Under the pieces are notes generated by a model. That model saw only the letters and a program-made list of their open reading frames with translations, was not told where the DNA came from and made no database searches. A stretch of 64,000 nucleotides of DNA from Octopus vulgaris. Lineage: Eukaryota. The stretch is taken from positions 50,344,001-50,408,000 of the forward strand of contig OX597836.1 of NCBI GenBank assembly GCA_951406725.2, written 5' to 3'. Below, piece by piece: positions 1-11,972 of this stretch. Made by a program: the position numbers and the translations under genes. The stretch's first letter is position 1. Each line of letters begins with the position of its first letter.

Positions 1-245
1 GATTTTCACCTCTTCCCAGCCATGAAGTTGTTTTTGAAAGGAAAGCGTTTCCCAGATGATGCAGCCTTGATTTCTGAAGTCACGTCGTGGTTGGAGGACC
101 AAGCTGGGGTCTTCTACGAAAACGGTCTCCAGAGCTGCATCAAACAATGGGAGAAATGTGTAACTCTGGGTGGTTCCTATGTAGAAAAAGACTAATAACT
201 GTGCTAAGTTTCGTTGCTCTACTGCTATGGGAAGTGGGTCAGGGG
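1..245 (+). mobile_element. mariner-family transposase C-terminus, cut by the window edge; right TIR appears truncated
   Basis: Frame 1 reads DFHLFPAMKLFLKGKRFPDDAALISEVTSWLEDQAGVFYENGLQSCIKQWEKCVTLGGSYVEKD* (TAA 193-195), matching the (SPDLAPS)DFHLF...G++.L..RW.KC+...G.Y end of mariner transposases. Confidence 0.88.
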
Positions 246-247
246 CA

Positions 248-327
248 TTACATACATACATACACACATGCATACATACATACATACATACATACATACA
301 TACATACATACATACATGCATGTATAC

Positions 328-380
<53 letters not shown>

Positions 381-445
381 TATACATACACACACATATA
401 CATACATACACACACACATACACACATACATCTACACACATACAT
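248..445. repeat. compound (CATA)n/(TA)n/(CA)n microsatellite
   Basis: Directly visible; source of the HTYI/YIYI pseudo-ORFs. Confidence 0.95.
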
Positions 446-579
446 AAATGCCTTTGGTCACTCTGACTTATTTAACCTTTTTTTCATTTCGGTTTAATTT
501 ATGCAAAATCTCAAAAGGACATAAAGGTGTTCTACTCTTCCTGCATAAGTCTCAATCCTTTGGCCACTGGACATAAGGA

Positions 580-639
580 AGGACAATTTTTGTGCTGATG
601 ATGCCTATTGAGGCAGAAACAAATGTCCACAACTGTCCT
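580..639 (+). ncRNA. type I hammerhead ribozyme motif
   Basis: aggaca.att.ttgtg-CTGATGA(595-601)-tgcct attg aggca-GAAA(616-619)-c aaat g-TC^-cacaa.c.tgtcct. Stem I ttgtg/cacaa plus aggaca/tgtcct; stem II tgcct/aggca; short stem III; GUC triplet, predicted cleavage after 627. Confidence 0.75.
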
Positions 640-1151
640 CTCACCTCTACACAATAAGCCTGTTCTTTTCAGTTTTGGAGAAGTTTTCAATTTTGAGATT
701 TTCTCCTCTTCTCAAGTTGGTCTTTAATGTCATTTGCTAGTTATGACACTTTCTCTAGAGGTGGAGATTATTTTAATAAATCAGGAAAATATGTTCCATG
801 ATATTTGATATACCTGTATTTCTTTCTCTCTCTCTCTGTATATAATATATACACATATATATATATATATAAATATATGTATATATATAGTCACTATAAG
901 GATATTTAAACCTCTTATAGGAATTGTCTTATCCAAGTTACACTGGTTTAATGCATTTTGAAGAGATATTTCTTCAATAGATATATTATGAAAATATCAA
1001 ATATTATTATGAAGTAAGAAAATAGAGAGATTCAATGGATATGAATTAAGTTATTAATCAATTAACATTCCTTACAATTGTTTCAATTCACACCCAATAC
1101 AAATTGCAAAACATATAATGATGATGATGATGATAATAATAATAATAATAG

Positions 1152-1572
1152 TGCAACCATGAGATAGAGAATAGGAAGCCAAACATAGTCTTAATTGAGA
1201 AAGAAAACAAACTATGCAGGATCATAGACATAGCACGCCCAGCTGACAACAAGGTATGCGATAAGGAAGAAAGAAAAGTTGAGAGATATGACAGGTTAGC
1301 TTGGGAAGTTAAGGAGTTGTGGTCGATGAAAAAGGTAGCAGTAGCAACAATAATTGTTGGAGCCCTGGGAACAGTGAACAAAAATCTTGAGAAGTACGTG
1401 GAACAAATAGGGGCTGCAATAAGGGTGGAGCACTTGCAGAAAACAGCACTGCTTGGAACCACTCAAATACTCCAGAAGGTGCTCGAAAAATAAGGGGTGT
1501 TACCTTAGTTCACTGGTAGTGAACAGCTGACACTGTAGTACATCTCCAGCATTAGAAGCTGTGCAAAGGCAA
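1152..1572 (+). mobile_element. 5'-truncated R4/Dong-type non-LTR retrotransposon (restriction-like endonuclease C-terminus plus 3' UTR)
   Basis: Open frame 1152-1493: NRKPNIVLIEKENKLCRIIDIARPADNKVCDKEERKVERYDRLAWEVKELW...IIVGALGTV...LQKTALLGTTQIL. Flanked by (AAT)n on both sides, as expected for TAA-repeat-targeting Dong elements. Confidence 0.8.
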
Positions 1573-1573
1573 T

Positions 1574-1610
<37 letters not shown>

Positions 1611-1856
1611 CATCATATGTAAACAAAGGTAAGTTTGTTTTTGAAGTGTTGAAATGTATTGTAGAACAAATAGAAAGATATATTTTGTCTTCAACACATA
1701 AATACGGAACAGCATATATAAGGGATAAACTCCTTTTAAGAGTAGAAAAGTTTGTCAGAGAGCGGCCATGTGACGAACTTTTCTGCTCTGAAAAGGAATT
1801 TATCCTTTATACATACTGTTCAGTGTTGAAGAAGTATATCATTCTACTTGTTCTAC

Positions 1857-1875
1857 AATAATAATAATAATAATA

Positions 1876-1940
<65 letters not shown>
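1857..1940. repeat. (AAT)n-(TAT)n-(GAT)n microsatellite with a palindromic junction
   Basis: An (AAT) run abuts an (ATT) run directly, followed by (GAT)n. Confidence 0.9.
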
Positions 1941-1943
<3 letters not shown>

Positions 1944-2409
1944 GATGGGCTACAGCAAATATTCTGCTCAATACCACAGATTTGCTTGTCAGTTGTTTGA
2001 CCTTAACCAGTTGACCATGTCCCTTAGTGGCTGACGATATGTGCATCTCTGATCATGTGCAGAAGTAGTGGGAGAGCATCATAGCTCCCCCACTACTTGA
2101 AAGGAATTCTTAGAGATTTGGATAATTCACCTTTGGAAATGTGGGTGGTTTGTTCAACATTCTTAAACAACCCTTATTCAGGGACCTTTTGACTGGGATA
2201 GGCCGCTCAACCTGAAGAAAATTCTAACTGGGCCCCACCTGCAAGGTCATGCACTGTTTATCTTGATACGAGATCACCATGTCGCGCACATATGGTTGTG
2301 ATGCATGTGCCTGGTGTACCCTTATGAGACGGGTAGTCATGATGGGTATACTGAGCTTCGTACATTTTACCCCAGTGTCACTTTGATGGCATGCACTGCT
2401 CTCTCACTC
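1941..2409. mobile_element. interspersed repeat fragment inserted in a trinucleotide microsatellite (family not resolved)
   Basis: GC-richer block bounded by (GAT)n and (AAT)n; no ORF recognised. Confidence 0.45.
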
Positions 2410-2837
2410 AATAATAATGATAATAATAATACAAATTTGCATTTTGAAAATCTTGAGTGAAATATCTCAACCGATCAACATGTAAACTCCGTAAAGTCCT
2501 TTGCTCTGAAGATATTTCACTCACGATCTTCAAAGTGCAAACTTATATTATCATCATCATTATATGTTTTCCAATTTGTACTGGGTGTGAATGCAAACAA
2601 CTGTAGGCAATGTTAATTAATTAATAAATTAACTTATATCCATTAAATCTCCATTTTCTTACTTAATAATATATATCGGCCATGATTGGCTGCTGGCGAC
2701 CAAAGTTTTTTTTATCCTTTCTCTGTTTATTTTCTCATGTTCCTTTCTGTTCTTTCTCACCTTCCCAAGCATTCAACTAATACACGTTTGTTGTTTACAC
2801 ACCTGTCTTCGTCTTTTGTTTTTTTTGTAAATTCCAA

Positions 2838-2869
<32 letters not shown>

Positions 2870-3146
2870 ATATAAATATAGTTAAATGAAAAAAAGGAGA
2901 AAAAAGCAAGAAGTAAAAAATAACAACACGAGGACGTGGTACATGATGTAAAGTATTAATAAGATGCTGAGGGAAGGAAAGTAAGGGTGCTTTATGTTTT
3001 GAGCAAAGCTCTTCTTCTGAAACAGGAGACAGAGGAATGTCCAATAGAAAAGGAAGACAGAGGAAAAAATCACCAACAATCCACATGTAGTCACATTTTG
3101 GAATACACACACACACACACACACACATTATATATATATATATATG

Positions 3147-3185
<39 letters not shown>

Positions 3186-3369
3186 ATATATACACACATA
3201 TATGTAGGTAGCTAAGGTAAATGGCAGCTGTTTCCTCTTGTAGTATAAAAAAATTTTCTGTCTCGCAAATTTCTAATTGGAAATTCCTGACATGTCCATA
3301 TATGTAAATCTTAGCAATTCCAATGAGCAAATGGAACATGTGTAATGGAGAATAAATGATACCCTCTTT

Positions 3370-3410
<41 letters not shown>

Positions 3411-3716
3411 TATATGATGTTTTTTTGCAATATTTATTTTCACATATTTTCATGGTTTAGATTCAGAAGAAGGAAAAGGAAGAAAAAATTATAAACAAAA
3501 TACAGCAGGGGTATCACAGATTCACTCAGAATATTTCAGCAAAAGATCTTTTGGGGATAATAACATATTTTGTGAATATGTTATATCTTTGCAGACACAG
3601 TATTATCATTTTAATTTAAAACTTTTATAATTATCATCAAAACCATTCAGTGAAACAGTAAACAGAAATTATCAGAAAAACAGAAATTATCATTTTTGAC
3701 AGCTTGAATGACCTCA

Positions 3717-4440
3717 TTAACTCTGCAGGTTAACCACCAGCCCATATCCTACCTTACTGGATATTTTGAGCATCTCACCTGTGATTCCAGATGGATCAGG
3801 GGTTTTCCCTGTTTTCAGGCTTTTAATTGTCTTATCTACCATACTGCTGTCCACTAGAATAGCTGGTCCCTTCGCTGGGCGCACACGAGGGAGACTTCCT
3901 TTATCCCGTTCATTCTCTACATTCAACATTCTCCCATATTAACTTTCCCACGCCTCTTTCTTGTCCACTGGAACCTGGTGCAGCCGCTGGCTCTCCAGAC
4001 CTCAGTCAAACTGTCCAACTCATGCCAGCATGGAAAATGGACGTTAATTGATGATGATGATGATGATGATGATCACTAAGTGCAAGTATACCATTATCCA
4101 TCTGTGCACACTTCTCTCCAACAATATCCTGATTCTCACTATCTTGCAATCCGGAACACTTCAAGTCTCTGATCATCACACTGTAGGACTTTGGCAAACG
4201 TCTTCTTTTCTGCTTCTACCCTAGCTGGATAAACCTCATGTCTAGCCTCCCTTTTAGCTTTCTGATGATTCTTTGCTGCCACCCCACTTTTCCAGTCTTT
4301 CCAGACCAGTCTCTTTTCTTTCATGGCCGTATCAACATCACTGTTCCACTACCATGTCACCCTTGGTCTGGCTTTGTTCCAACCACAAATTTGGTCTGTT
4401 GCCCTCAATAGATTGTCTTGTAGGAACTTCCAGTTGTCAT
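3717..4440 (-). mobile_element. decayed RTE-clade LINE ORF fragment (linker/RT N-terminus), interrupted by a short LINE-tail copy at about 3960-4075
   Basis: Minus frames give KEKRLVWKDWKSG...KAKREARHEV, GEKCAQMDNGILALSD and VDKTIKSLKTGKTPDPSGITGEMLK (the K..KAPGP.GI..EMLK motif). Confidence 0.7.
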
Positions 4441-4444
4441 GTAT

Positions 4445-4945
4445 CATCATCATCATCATCATCCTCATCGTTTAATATCCGTTTTCCATGCTAGCATGGG
4501 TTGGACGGTTCCACCAGGGTCTGGAAAGCCAGGAGGCTGCACCAGGCTCCAGTCTGATCGGGCAGTGTTTCTACAGCTGGATGCCCTCCCTAATGCCAAC
4601 CACTCTGTGCCGGATGGTGCTTTTTACGTGCCACCGGCAAGGAAGCCAGTCAAGGCAGCGCTGGCATCGGCCACGTTTGGATGGTGCTTTTTACGTGCGA
4701 CCGGCAAGGAAGCCAGTCAAGGTGGCGCTGGCATCGGCCACGTTTGGATGGTGCCTTTTACGTGCGACCGGCAAGGAAGCCAGTCAAGGTGGCGCTGGCA
4801 TCGGCCACGTTTGGATGGTGCTTTTTACGTGCGACCGGCAAGGAAGCCAGTCAAGGTGGCGCTGGCATCGGCCACGTTTGGATGGTGCTTTTTACGTGCC
4901 ACTGGCACGGGTATAACAATTTCTATTTGATTTTTATTTCCATTT
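4445..4945 (-). mobile_element. 3' UTR/tail copy of an RTE-type LINE (or derived SINE) with an internal 67-bp tandem array
   Basis: Ends on - in gcatggaaaacggatattaaacg(atg)n. Four 67-bp units start at 4612, 4679, 4746 and 4813, with a partial unit at 4880. The same tail is attached to RTE coding sequence at 45608-46410. Confidence 0.8.
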
Positions 4946-5269
4946 GATTTATATATATATATTTGATTTATATTATATTATATATAATAGACAGACAGAC
5001 AGACAGATATGTATGTATATTCTTTTATTCTTTTAAAGTTGAAGGACTGTGACCATGCTGGAGCACCACCTTGATTTATTTTCATTCAGTTGTTTAATGG
5101 TGGGAAGTTGGTCTCTGATTAAGTTTGTAGCAGCTGACCCCTTCCCTGAGATTATCATTGAATGCTTAGCTTATCCAGTATCACCATTGGGAGTTTATCC
5201 AATGTTTGGCTGTTTTTGTTTGTTTCAGAAGAGGTCTTTCATATATTTCTGATTTCTTTAGGCAAGTTG

Positions 5270-5600
5270 TTGAGCAGTTGAAAACCTCCAAATATCACAC
5301 TGGTAAAAAAAAGAATTGTTTTCGCTCATAATTTCAAAGATGGTACATTTGGGAGCTGACAGAATCTACCAGTTTGTGCATTAAAATACTCTGATGCTGA
5401 AGTTAGGAATATGGATACATGTAGTGCTCAAGAGCTTTCAGACGTTTCCAGTAATTAAAACTTTTAATCAAAGTTATTCTACTGGTGAGCATTCTTTGTA
5501 ACCTTTCAATTTCCTCAATGAGGCTGGATGTGTTTGGAGACCAAATCTGCTCAGAACAAAGGTTTTTCCATTGAGTCAGCATAACTGCTGGTTCTCTTGT
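5270..5600 (-). mobile_element. CR1/L2-type LINE RT C-terminal fragment
   Basis: QIWSPNTSSLIEEIERLQRMLTSRITLIKSFNYWKRLKALE matches the WSP....I..IE.+QR..T+.I..+....Y..RL..L motif. Confidence 0.7.
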
Positions 5601-6572
5601 CACGAAGGTTCATAGGATCTGTCATATGAGATGTATGCATATATACACATGTATGGGTATCTATTCTTTTATATGCTTTTAGCCTTGAGGCTGTGGCTAT
5701 ATATATATGTGTGCGTGTGTGTGTGTATACATATATATATATACACACACATATATATATATCCATATACATGTGTGTCTATACACACACACACACATCA
5801 ATATATATCACTCATATACTTTGTCTGTCTGTCTCTCTCTCTCTCTTTCTCTCTCTGAGTCTCTGTCTGCCTGCCTCTCTCTCTCTCTGTCTCCCCCCAT
5901 CTCTCTCTCTCTCTGTCTCTCTCTTTCAGTCAGAATTTCCAACCATATGTATTTAGCTGTTTGATCAACTAAACGACATCCTCCTCATTGAATTAGCGTT
6001 TAAGTGGCTGAGTATTCCACAGACACGTGTACCCTTAATGGAATTCTGAAGTAGAATCAGCCCGTGTGAGCATTACTGGTACAATCCAGCCGACGAGCTT
6101 CAGTACAGTTTCCATCTACTCACTCACAAGATGTGGATCAAGTCGAAGTTATCGAAAATGACACTTGCCCATGATGCCACGTAACGGAATCGAAACCGAG
6201 ACTTTACGATCGCGAAGCGAACTTTACTACTCGGTCATCCCCCTCTCTCAATATAAATGTGACGAACTAAAATGGAACTTATATAAACACACTTTCTCTG
6301 ACACATCTGTAATAGTCTGTCACATTCACGCTCTCCCATTCAAATACTCAGTCACACACATTCTCACACACATTCTCTCTCTCTCTCTCTTACACACACA
6401 CACATATACGTTCACAGACACACTCTTTCTCTCACACACATTCCTCCCCCATACACACACACTCCTTCTCTCTCACCTACAGATATATTCACACACTCTC
6501 TCTATCTCGTTTCCTCTTATTTTATCTTCAGTTTTTTCTTCTGATTTCTTTCTCCTTCGTTCACTCGTCGTC

Positions 6573-6619
<47 letters not shown>

Positions 6620-6826
6620 TGCATACTCTTATCATTTCTATTTCTGTCACAACTTATCTATCTGTCGCACACACACTCTGAGGATTTTTTGCGACTCTCT
6701 CTCACTCTTTCTCTTTCTGATTTTTTCTTTTTCACTATTTCCCTTACTTGTTTTTTTCTTTTACTAACGCGCACGCAAACACACACACATATATATACAA
6801 ACACATACACAAATATATGTGTGTGT

Positions 6827-6827
6827 G

Positions 6828-6871
<44 letters not shown>

Positions 6872-6883
6872 AATAGATAGATC

Positions 6884-6942
<59 letters not shown>

Positions 6943-6960
6943 GGATGGATATATAGATAG
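6827..6960. repeat. (GATA)n microsatellite
   Basis: Directly visible. Confidence 0.95.
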
Positions 6961-7297
6961 TACTTCGCCGTTCATCTTACCCTCTCTAGTTTTACTTCTC
7001 TCTCTTTCCTTCTCTTACCATATCTATTTTTCTTTCTCCTTCTCTCTCTTTACTTTATCTCTCTCCTACTTCTCCCTCTCTCTCCCTTAACATCTTTCCT
7101 TTCCTTTCCCTCAGAATCGTATTCACTCTCTTTCTCCTTCGCTTATTTCATCTCTCTCTCTTTCTCTGACTCCTCCCACTTCCCTTCTAACAGAAGACAC
7201 TTGTACCCGTTTTCGTTTCTGTTATCTTCTCCCTCTCTCATTTTCTTTATTTATATTCCTCTTACCTTTTTCTCTAACTCCTCTTCCCACTCCTTCT

Positions 7298-7460
7298 TTC
7301 TGTCCTCATTTCTCTTTCCCTCACCTACCGTTTCCCCCTCCCTATATATATTCTCCCTTTCTCTCTCTCTCTCTCCTTCCTTCTGTCCTCATTTCTCTTT
7401 CCCTCACCTACCGTTTCCCCCTCCCTATATATATTCTCCCTTTCTCTCTCTCTCTCCTTT
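7298..7460. repeat. 83-bp tandem duplication inside a roughly 500-bp polypyrimidine tract
   Basis: ttctgtcctcatttctctttccctcacctaccgtttccccctccctatatatattctccc occurs at 7298 and at 7381. Confidence 0.85.
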
Positions 7461-7479
7461 CTTCTCTCTATCTCATCAC

Positions 7480-7712
7480 TTCGCTGCTCTTTCTGGCTCG
7501 TCAGCCAAAATAACCGCTAACTTCAACAGACTCCCGTCTTCAACCCTGATTCTATAAAAGTCGGTCTGGCCTTCTTCTGCTCCAATTCTCCTTCACTACA
7601 GCAGCGATGTCCACTTCTTTCAGCCTCAGTCGGTCCCCACCCATGGACTTTTAGCTTTTTCTACCTTTCTTTCCTATCCAACTCACAAGACAAGACTGGA
7701 CAAGCAAAGCGT
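7480..7712 (+). other. candidate non-coding first exon of the SSX2IP homologue (5' boundary approximate)
   Basis: CpG-retaining region ending in a donor GT|GTAAGT at 7713; no acceptor or ORF needed. Confidence 0.3.
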
Positions 7713-8622
7713 GTAAGTATGGTTCTGTTTCTTTTATATTCAACTAGTGGGAAATCCTTTATTTACAAAGAAAACAGACTTTTAATAGCGATTTATTTCG
7801 CTTCTCTACTGTTATGGTAACCTTGCACTTTTCCCCTCCTTTCGCTGTAATGTAAGTAAAACATTACTTTCGCCTTCCATCTCTGTCCATTTTCCTTCTC
7901 TGAAGATTAAGAAACTATATCAATAAATAAACACACACAGGCGCATTATGATAGCAAGTAGGAAGTCGGTAATATATTAGATTACTTAAAGGATGCTCCA
8001 ACATGGCCTGAATCGTGGCGGTTAAATCGAAATACGTTCCCTGATGTTATTTTCAGTTCACTGCAGACCAGTCTATCTATCTGTCTATTTTATATATATC
8101 TATCTTTTTTATTAATCGTCAAAACTTACTCAGTGACTCAACGACCGGGAGTTTCATGCGTTGGCATTTACCAAACACACACATGTAGACATGTTGCTAA
8201 ATATATATGCCATACCCACAAAATTGCCGAATATATCTCTATTTTCTTGGTGTATGTAGGACTCACGGCTCTGGGAAGGAAATGCTGCCCGTTTGGTTGA
8301 TTCTACTTCCCCTCGTGTATGAAAGGTACCCTTGTATCTCCCCACCCCCCGGGGGGACCAGGGAGATGATGTGAAATTGAATTGAGGACACAAAGTTAGG
8401 TTGGTATAATTCCGATGTCATTCGAACTCGGAACGTTTGTGATTCCAGGCCGAAACAACTACCGTGAAGCAACGCTTTAATTCAACCAACTCCTTAATAT
8501 GTTTTTAACTTTAAACAATCGAAAGTGGGGGAGCCTGGCGTTGAAATACTTTCCGAATTTGTACTTCAACAGTACATTTACAACAATTGGAACGATACCA
8601 ACACTGTGTATATGGTGTGTGG

Positions 8623-8664
<42 letters not shown>

Positions 8665-9499
8665 GACTGACCACTAAAAGTGGACAGCCTGTATGCTAGA
8701 TATAGACGTCAAAATCAGTCCTCTAAATTTTGTATGTAAAAAATGTTTAATCTTCGGATTTTTAAAAAATATGCTAATTGACTGGTTTTAATTGATTAAT
8801 ATCAATTTCTACCCTTATTTAATTTTATATATAAATATAATCTTTCTTACCAATTGCATAAATGCCTGGTAACTCGTCATTTTTTTACTCATCTTACGCA
8901 ATTCACCCTTGGCTTATGTGTTTGGTTCTCTTTTAGAAGTTGAACTGGTGTGTATAAATATATACACCCGCACGATATTCAGGACATGCTTCTTACCGTC
9001 TTACGAGTTGGTTTAAGCCGATAAAAACCCCATTTACGTTGTAATGGTTTCTACACTCCCTGCTGGTGCTAGTATTGTTCTTACCCCATCTCATTTCTCC
9101 TACAAATATATGGTAACTAACTATTATTATTATTCTAGCCATCTTCCACATGGACCAACAGATTCATTGTTCGGCAGTTTTGTAAATTAACCGGAATTTC
9201 AATTGCTTTTATTGGAGTTATCTCCCTTGTTCGTTTTAGATTTCTAAAAAAAAGTACCCGGGGAGTTTTTGTCTACCAATAACATTGATAATCTTAATTA
9301 ATCGATGTTTTTAAGTCGCTTTATATACTAGTGTCACTCAGTTTCATAATTGTCATGTAACAGTTGTCATGTTTGTTTTGGTTGTCAAATATATTTCATC
9401 TCGAACGAGGATTTGAAATCCATTTAACCCTAATAAAGACTCTACTTTCGATATTTTTATGTACTTTTAAAGCAACCTACGGTTGGTGTGTGTACACGC

Positions 9500-9629
9500 G
9501 GCCTGTATTGGCCCTTGTATTTGAACAACTTTGACCTCAGCCTACACATATCATAGAAGAAGGGAATATATCTTCGTACGAGGAAAGGCTGAGGTCAAAG
9601 TTGTTCAAATACAAGGGCCAATACAGGCC
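9500..9629. repeat. perfect 44-bp inverted repeat with a 42-nt spacer (MITE-like or hairpin)
   Basis: 9500-9543 ggcctgtattggcccttgtatttgaacaactttgacctcagcct is the exact reverse complement of 9586-9629. Confidence 0.95.
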
Positions 9630-10563
9630 ATTTCTGTTGTTGTTGGTTCTACAGGAACCGGTCAAAACCACCGTTCCTCAGGTTTATGCTCGAAGCTCGG
9701 ACAATTTTCATCCACCTGCAAGACATTCACCTTGTTTTATTTAACCAAAATGATAATGATACTGGTGGAGTTATGGTTGGGATATATTTGTTAGGAGACC
9801 ATGTTCCTAAACTGATTTCGAAACCCATCTGTTGCCCGTGTCCATGTCTACTTTGGCAGCATTGTCCCATTTGTCCAAAACCAGTTGCTGCAGATGAATT
9901 GGAAGGTCGCCTTACAAAAGCGAGAGAGCTCTGAATGTGCAAACCCCTGGATGGCGATGGTTATCTCGCCGCTCTCTTATGCGTAGGCCATCCAGGACAA
10001 ACATTATCCAGTGTGTCCTTTAAGGCGGCAGGGTGTGGATTTGATTGAGATTTGTTATTTCTGGCCAGTCGAGTCACATGCAGAGGGTCCCCAGTTGGTT
10101 CGCCGAAGATTAAGATTATAAATGAGAATATATTGATGTAAGATACCTGTTGAAGCATATCGGATATGCTTAGAAGATTTCGGACATGGAGACTCTGATA
10201 GAGATGTGTCGAACTATTTGTAAAGCAAGATCACGAGTCCGAACGTCAGGAAGGCCACGGAGTTTCAATTTCTGTTTGAAGTTGTTTCACATAACTTTTA
10301 CTAATTCTTTTGTAAGTTTCTCTTTTTCTCGATAACACTCGCAACTAAAATGTCTTTAGTTAATAAATCGTTGTTGTTGTTGCTTAGTCTCAGCTCGACC
10401 CTGCATGAGTAGTCCTGCATGATAAGAGATATTTCATATATATATATATATAAATTAGAGATAAAACCACTATTATGCAACTCAATATATTTATATATTT
10501 ATACTGTGAAATTTGATTTAATACTAAATTGAATTTTTCCCTGTAAGTTTGAAGTTATACTCC

Positions 10564-10605
<42 letters not shown>

Positions 10606-11704
10606 TTACTAAGTCTCTCTAAAAGAGATTACGACAGCGTTACTGGAAATTAATTGTTATCGCCATATTAATATGGCAATCTTATAGATATAAGACTAAA
10701 AGCTGTCGCTGATTAGCTCCATGAGGCCATCGCCTTAAGATAGCTATATGACACACAAACTGTGTCCATTAGGACTAGCCATTTATTAAAACGGCAGAGT
10801 GTTATCTGAGGAAATTTCGTTGCTCTTTTCTAGCAACCACAAAAACATGTTTGTTAGCCATTGGAATTAATTGTAACAGGTCAGCGTATTTTCTGTTACA
10901 GTCATGAAAGAACCGAAGATGGAGCCTCTTGTGGGCAGTAAAGAAATAGATATTAATTACTCTTGCTGTATTTTCTGAAATTTCAATTAATTGATGTTAA
11001 TTCATTCATCTCGTTTGCTAGTTTTCTAGATTTTAAACTGTGTAGAAGATGGGTGTCGACTTATCGAGAGAATCATTTCAGTTAATCAAAGTTTTTCAAC
11101 TTTATATTTGACACCATACAGCTTACTGTGATAATTTAACCTTCATGAACATTATTTTCTATAAAACAATATTGTATTGAGCTTAATATTTGACTAGAAC
11201 TTTATTTCATCTCCCCGGAAGGATGAAAGGCAAAGCTGACTTCGGCAAGGTTGGAATTGAGAACTCAAATGACTGTTGCGAAATACAGAATCTAACGATT
11301 CTGGTTGCATTGTAATTTCCACAGCAGATATTATATTTACCAAACTTTTTAGTTGAAACGTGTTTTAATTACAATGTCTTATTCTGATTTGAAAAAACGA
11401 AAATTCCTTTACTCTAGGGAACCGTCACGCAATGTTCTTATCGATTCTACAATTTCTTTTTTTTTTAAATAGCTTGTTGAATTATTTGTAAAAACGGAAT
11501 CTTATATTGATAAAATAATTTTTTTGGCGGAGGTAAAGAATATGCGCACCACCCGTTTTCGGACTAACTCTAAGTCTAATCGCCGAAAACGAGAAGTTGT
11601 GATGTTCATGCTTTCCTGTTTGATCTAATTATAGAAACCAAAAATTTATGGTATTTTTTGTTTTGTGTGTGTGTGTAGGGGATGTTATAGGGACGGGGTA
11701 GAGT

Positions 11705-11972
11705 AGCGGTCCCTAACGCTGGGTCGCGGTAAATTCTGAAAGAGTCGCGAAGACAAGTCTTTAAAAATCTACTTTTGGTTAAATGGTGGTTTACAAATAA
11801 GCCAAGAGTTACGACACCTTAAATACCAACAGATTTTAGGGAATCTTTCAAAAATATAAAATGTTTGAGGAAAATCGTTTTCCTATTTAAATATTTCCAA
11901 AAAAAAGAGAAAAAAGGCGGGGTCGCAGATGATTGATTTGTTAAAATGGATTACGAGGGTAAGAACCGGTTC
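11705..11972. mobile_element. degenerate hAT-type MITE
   Basis: 5' tagcggtccctaacgctgggtcgcg and 3' ggggtcgc...gggtaagaaccggt resemble CAGTGGTTCCCAACC.GGGGTCGCG-type hAT termini. Confidence 0.4.

Noticed and set aside
87-497. ORFs rich in [16 protein letters not shown] (also near 5631-6975, 17973-18448, 33936-34317 and 60752-61260)
   Set aside because: They are translations of microsatellites.
4612-4910. Regular repeat array resembling CRISPR
   Set aside because: The units are whole 67-bp tandem copies with no unique spacers, there are no cas genes, and the context is a eukaryotic LINE tail.
7895-7925. CTGAAGA...GAAA hammerhead-like string (similar ones on - near 40925-40945, 43835-43850 and 60668-60692)
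   Set aside because: Stem II and/or stem I cannot form.
9630-9960. Coding-like segment (FQFIC / NWFWTNGT on -, lectin-like)
   Set aside because: The motifs are in the wrong order, and stops occur in all minus frames.
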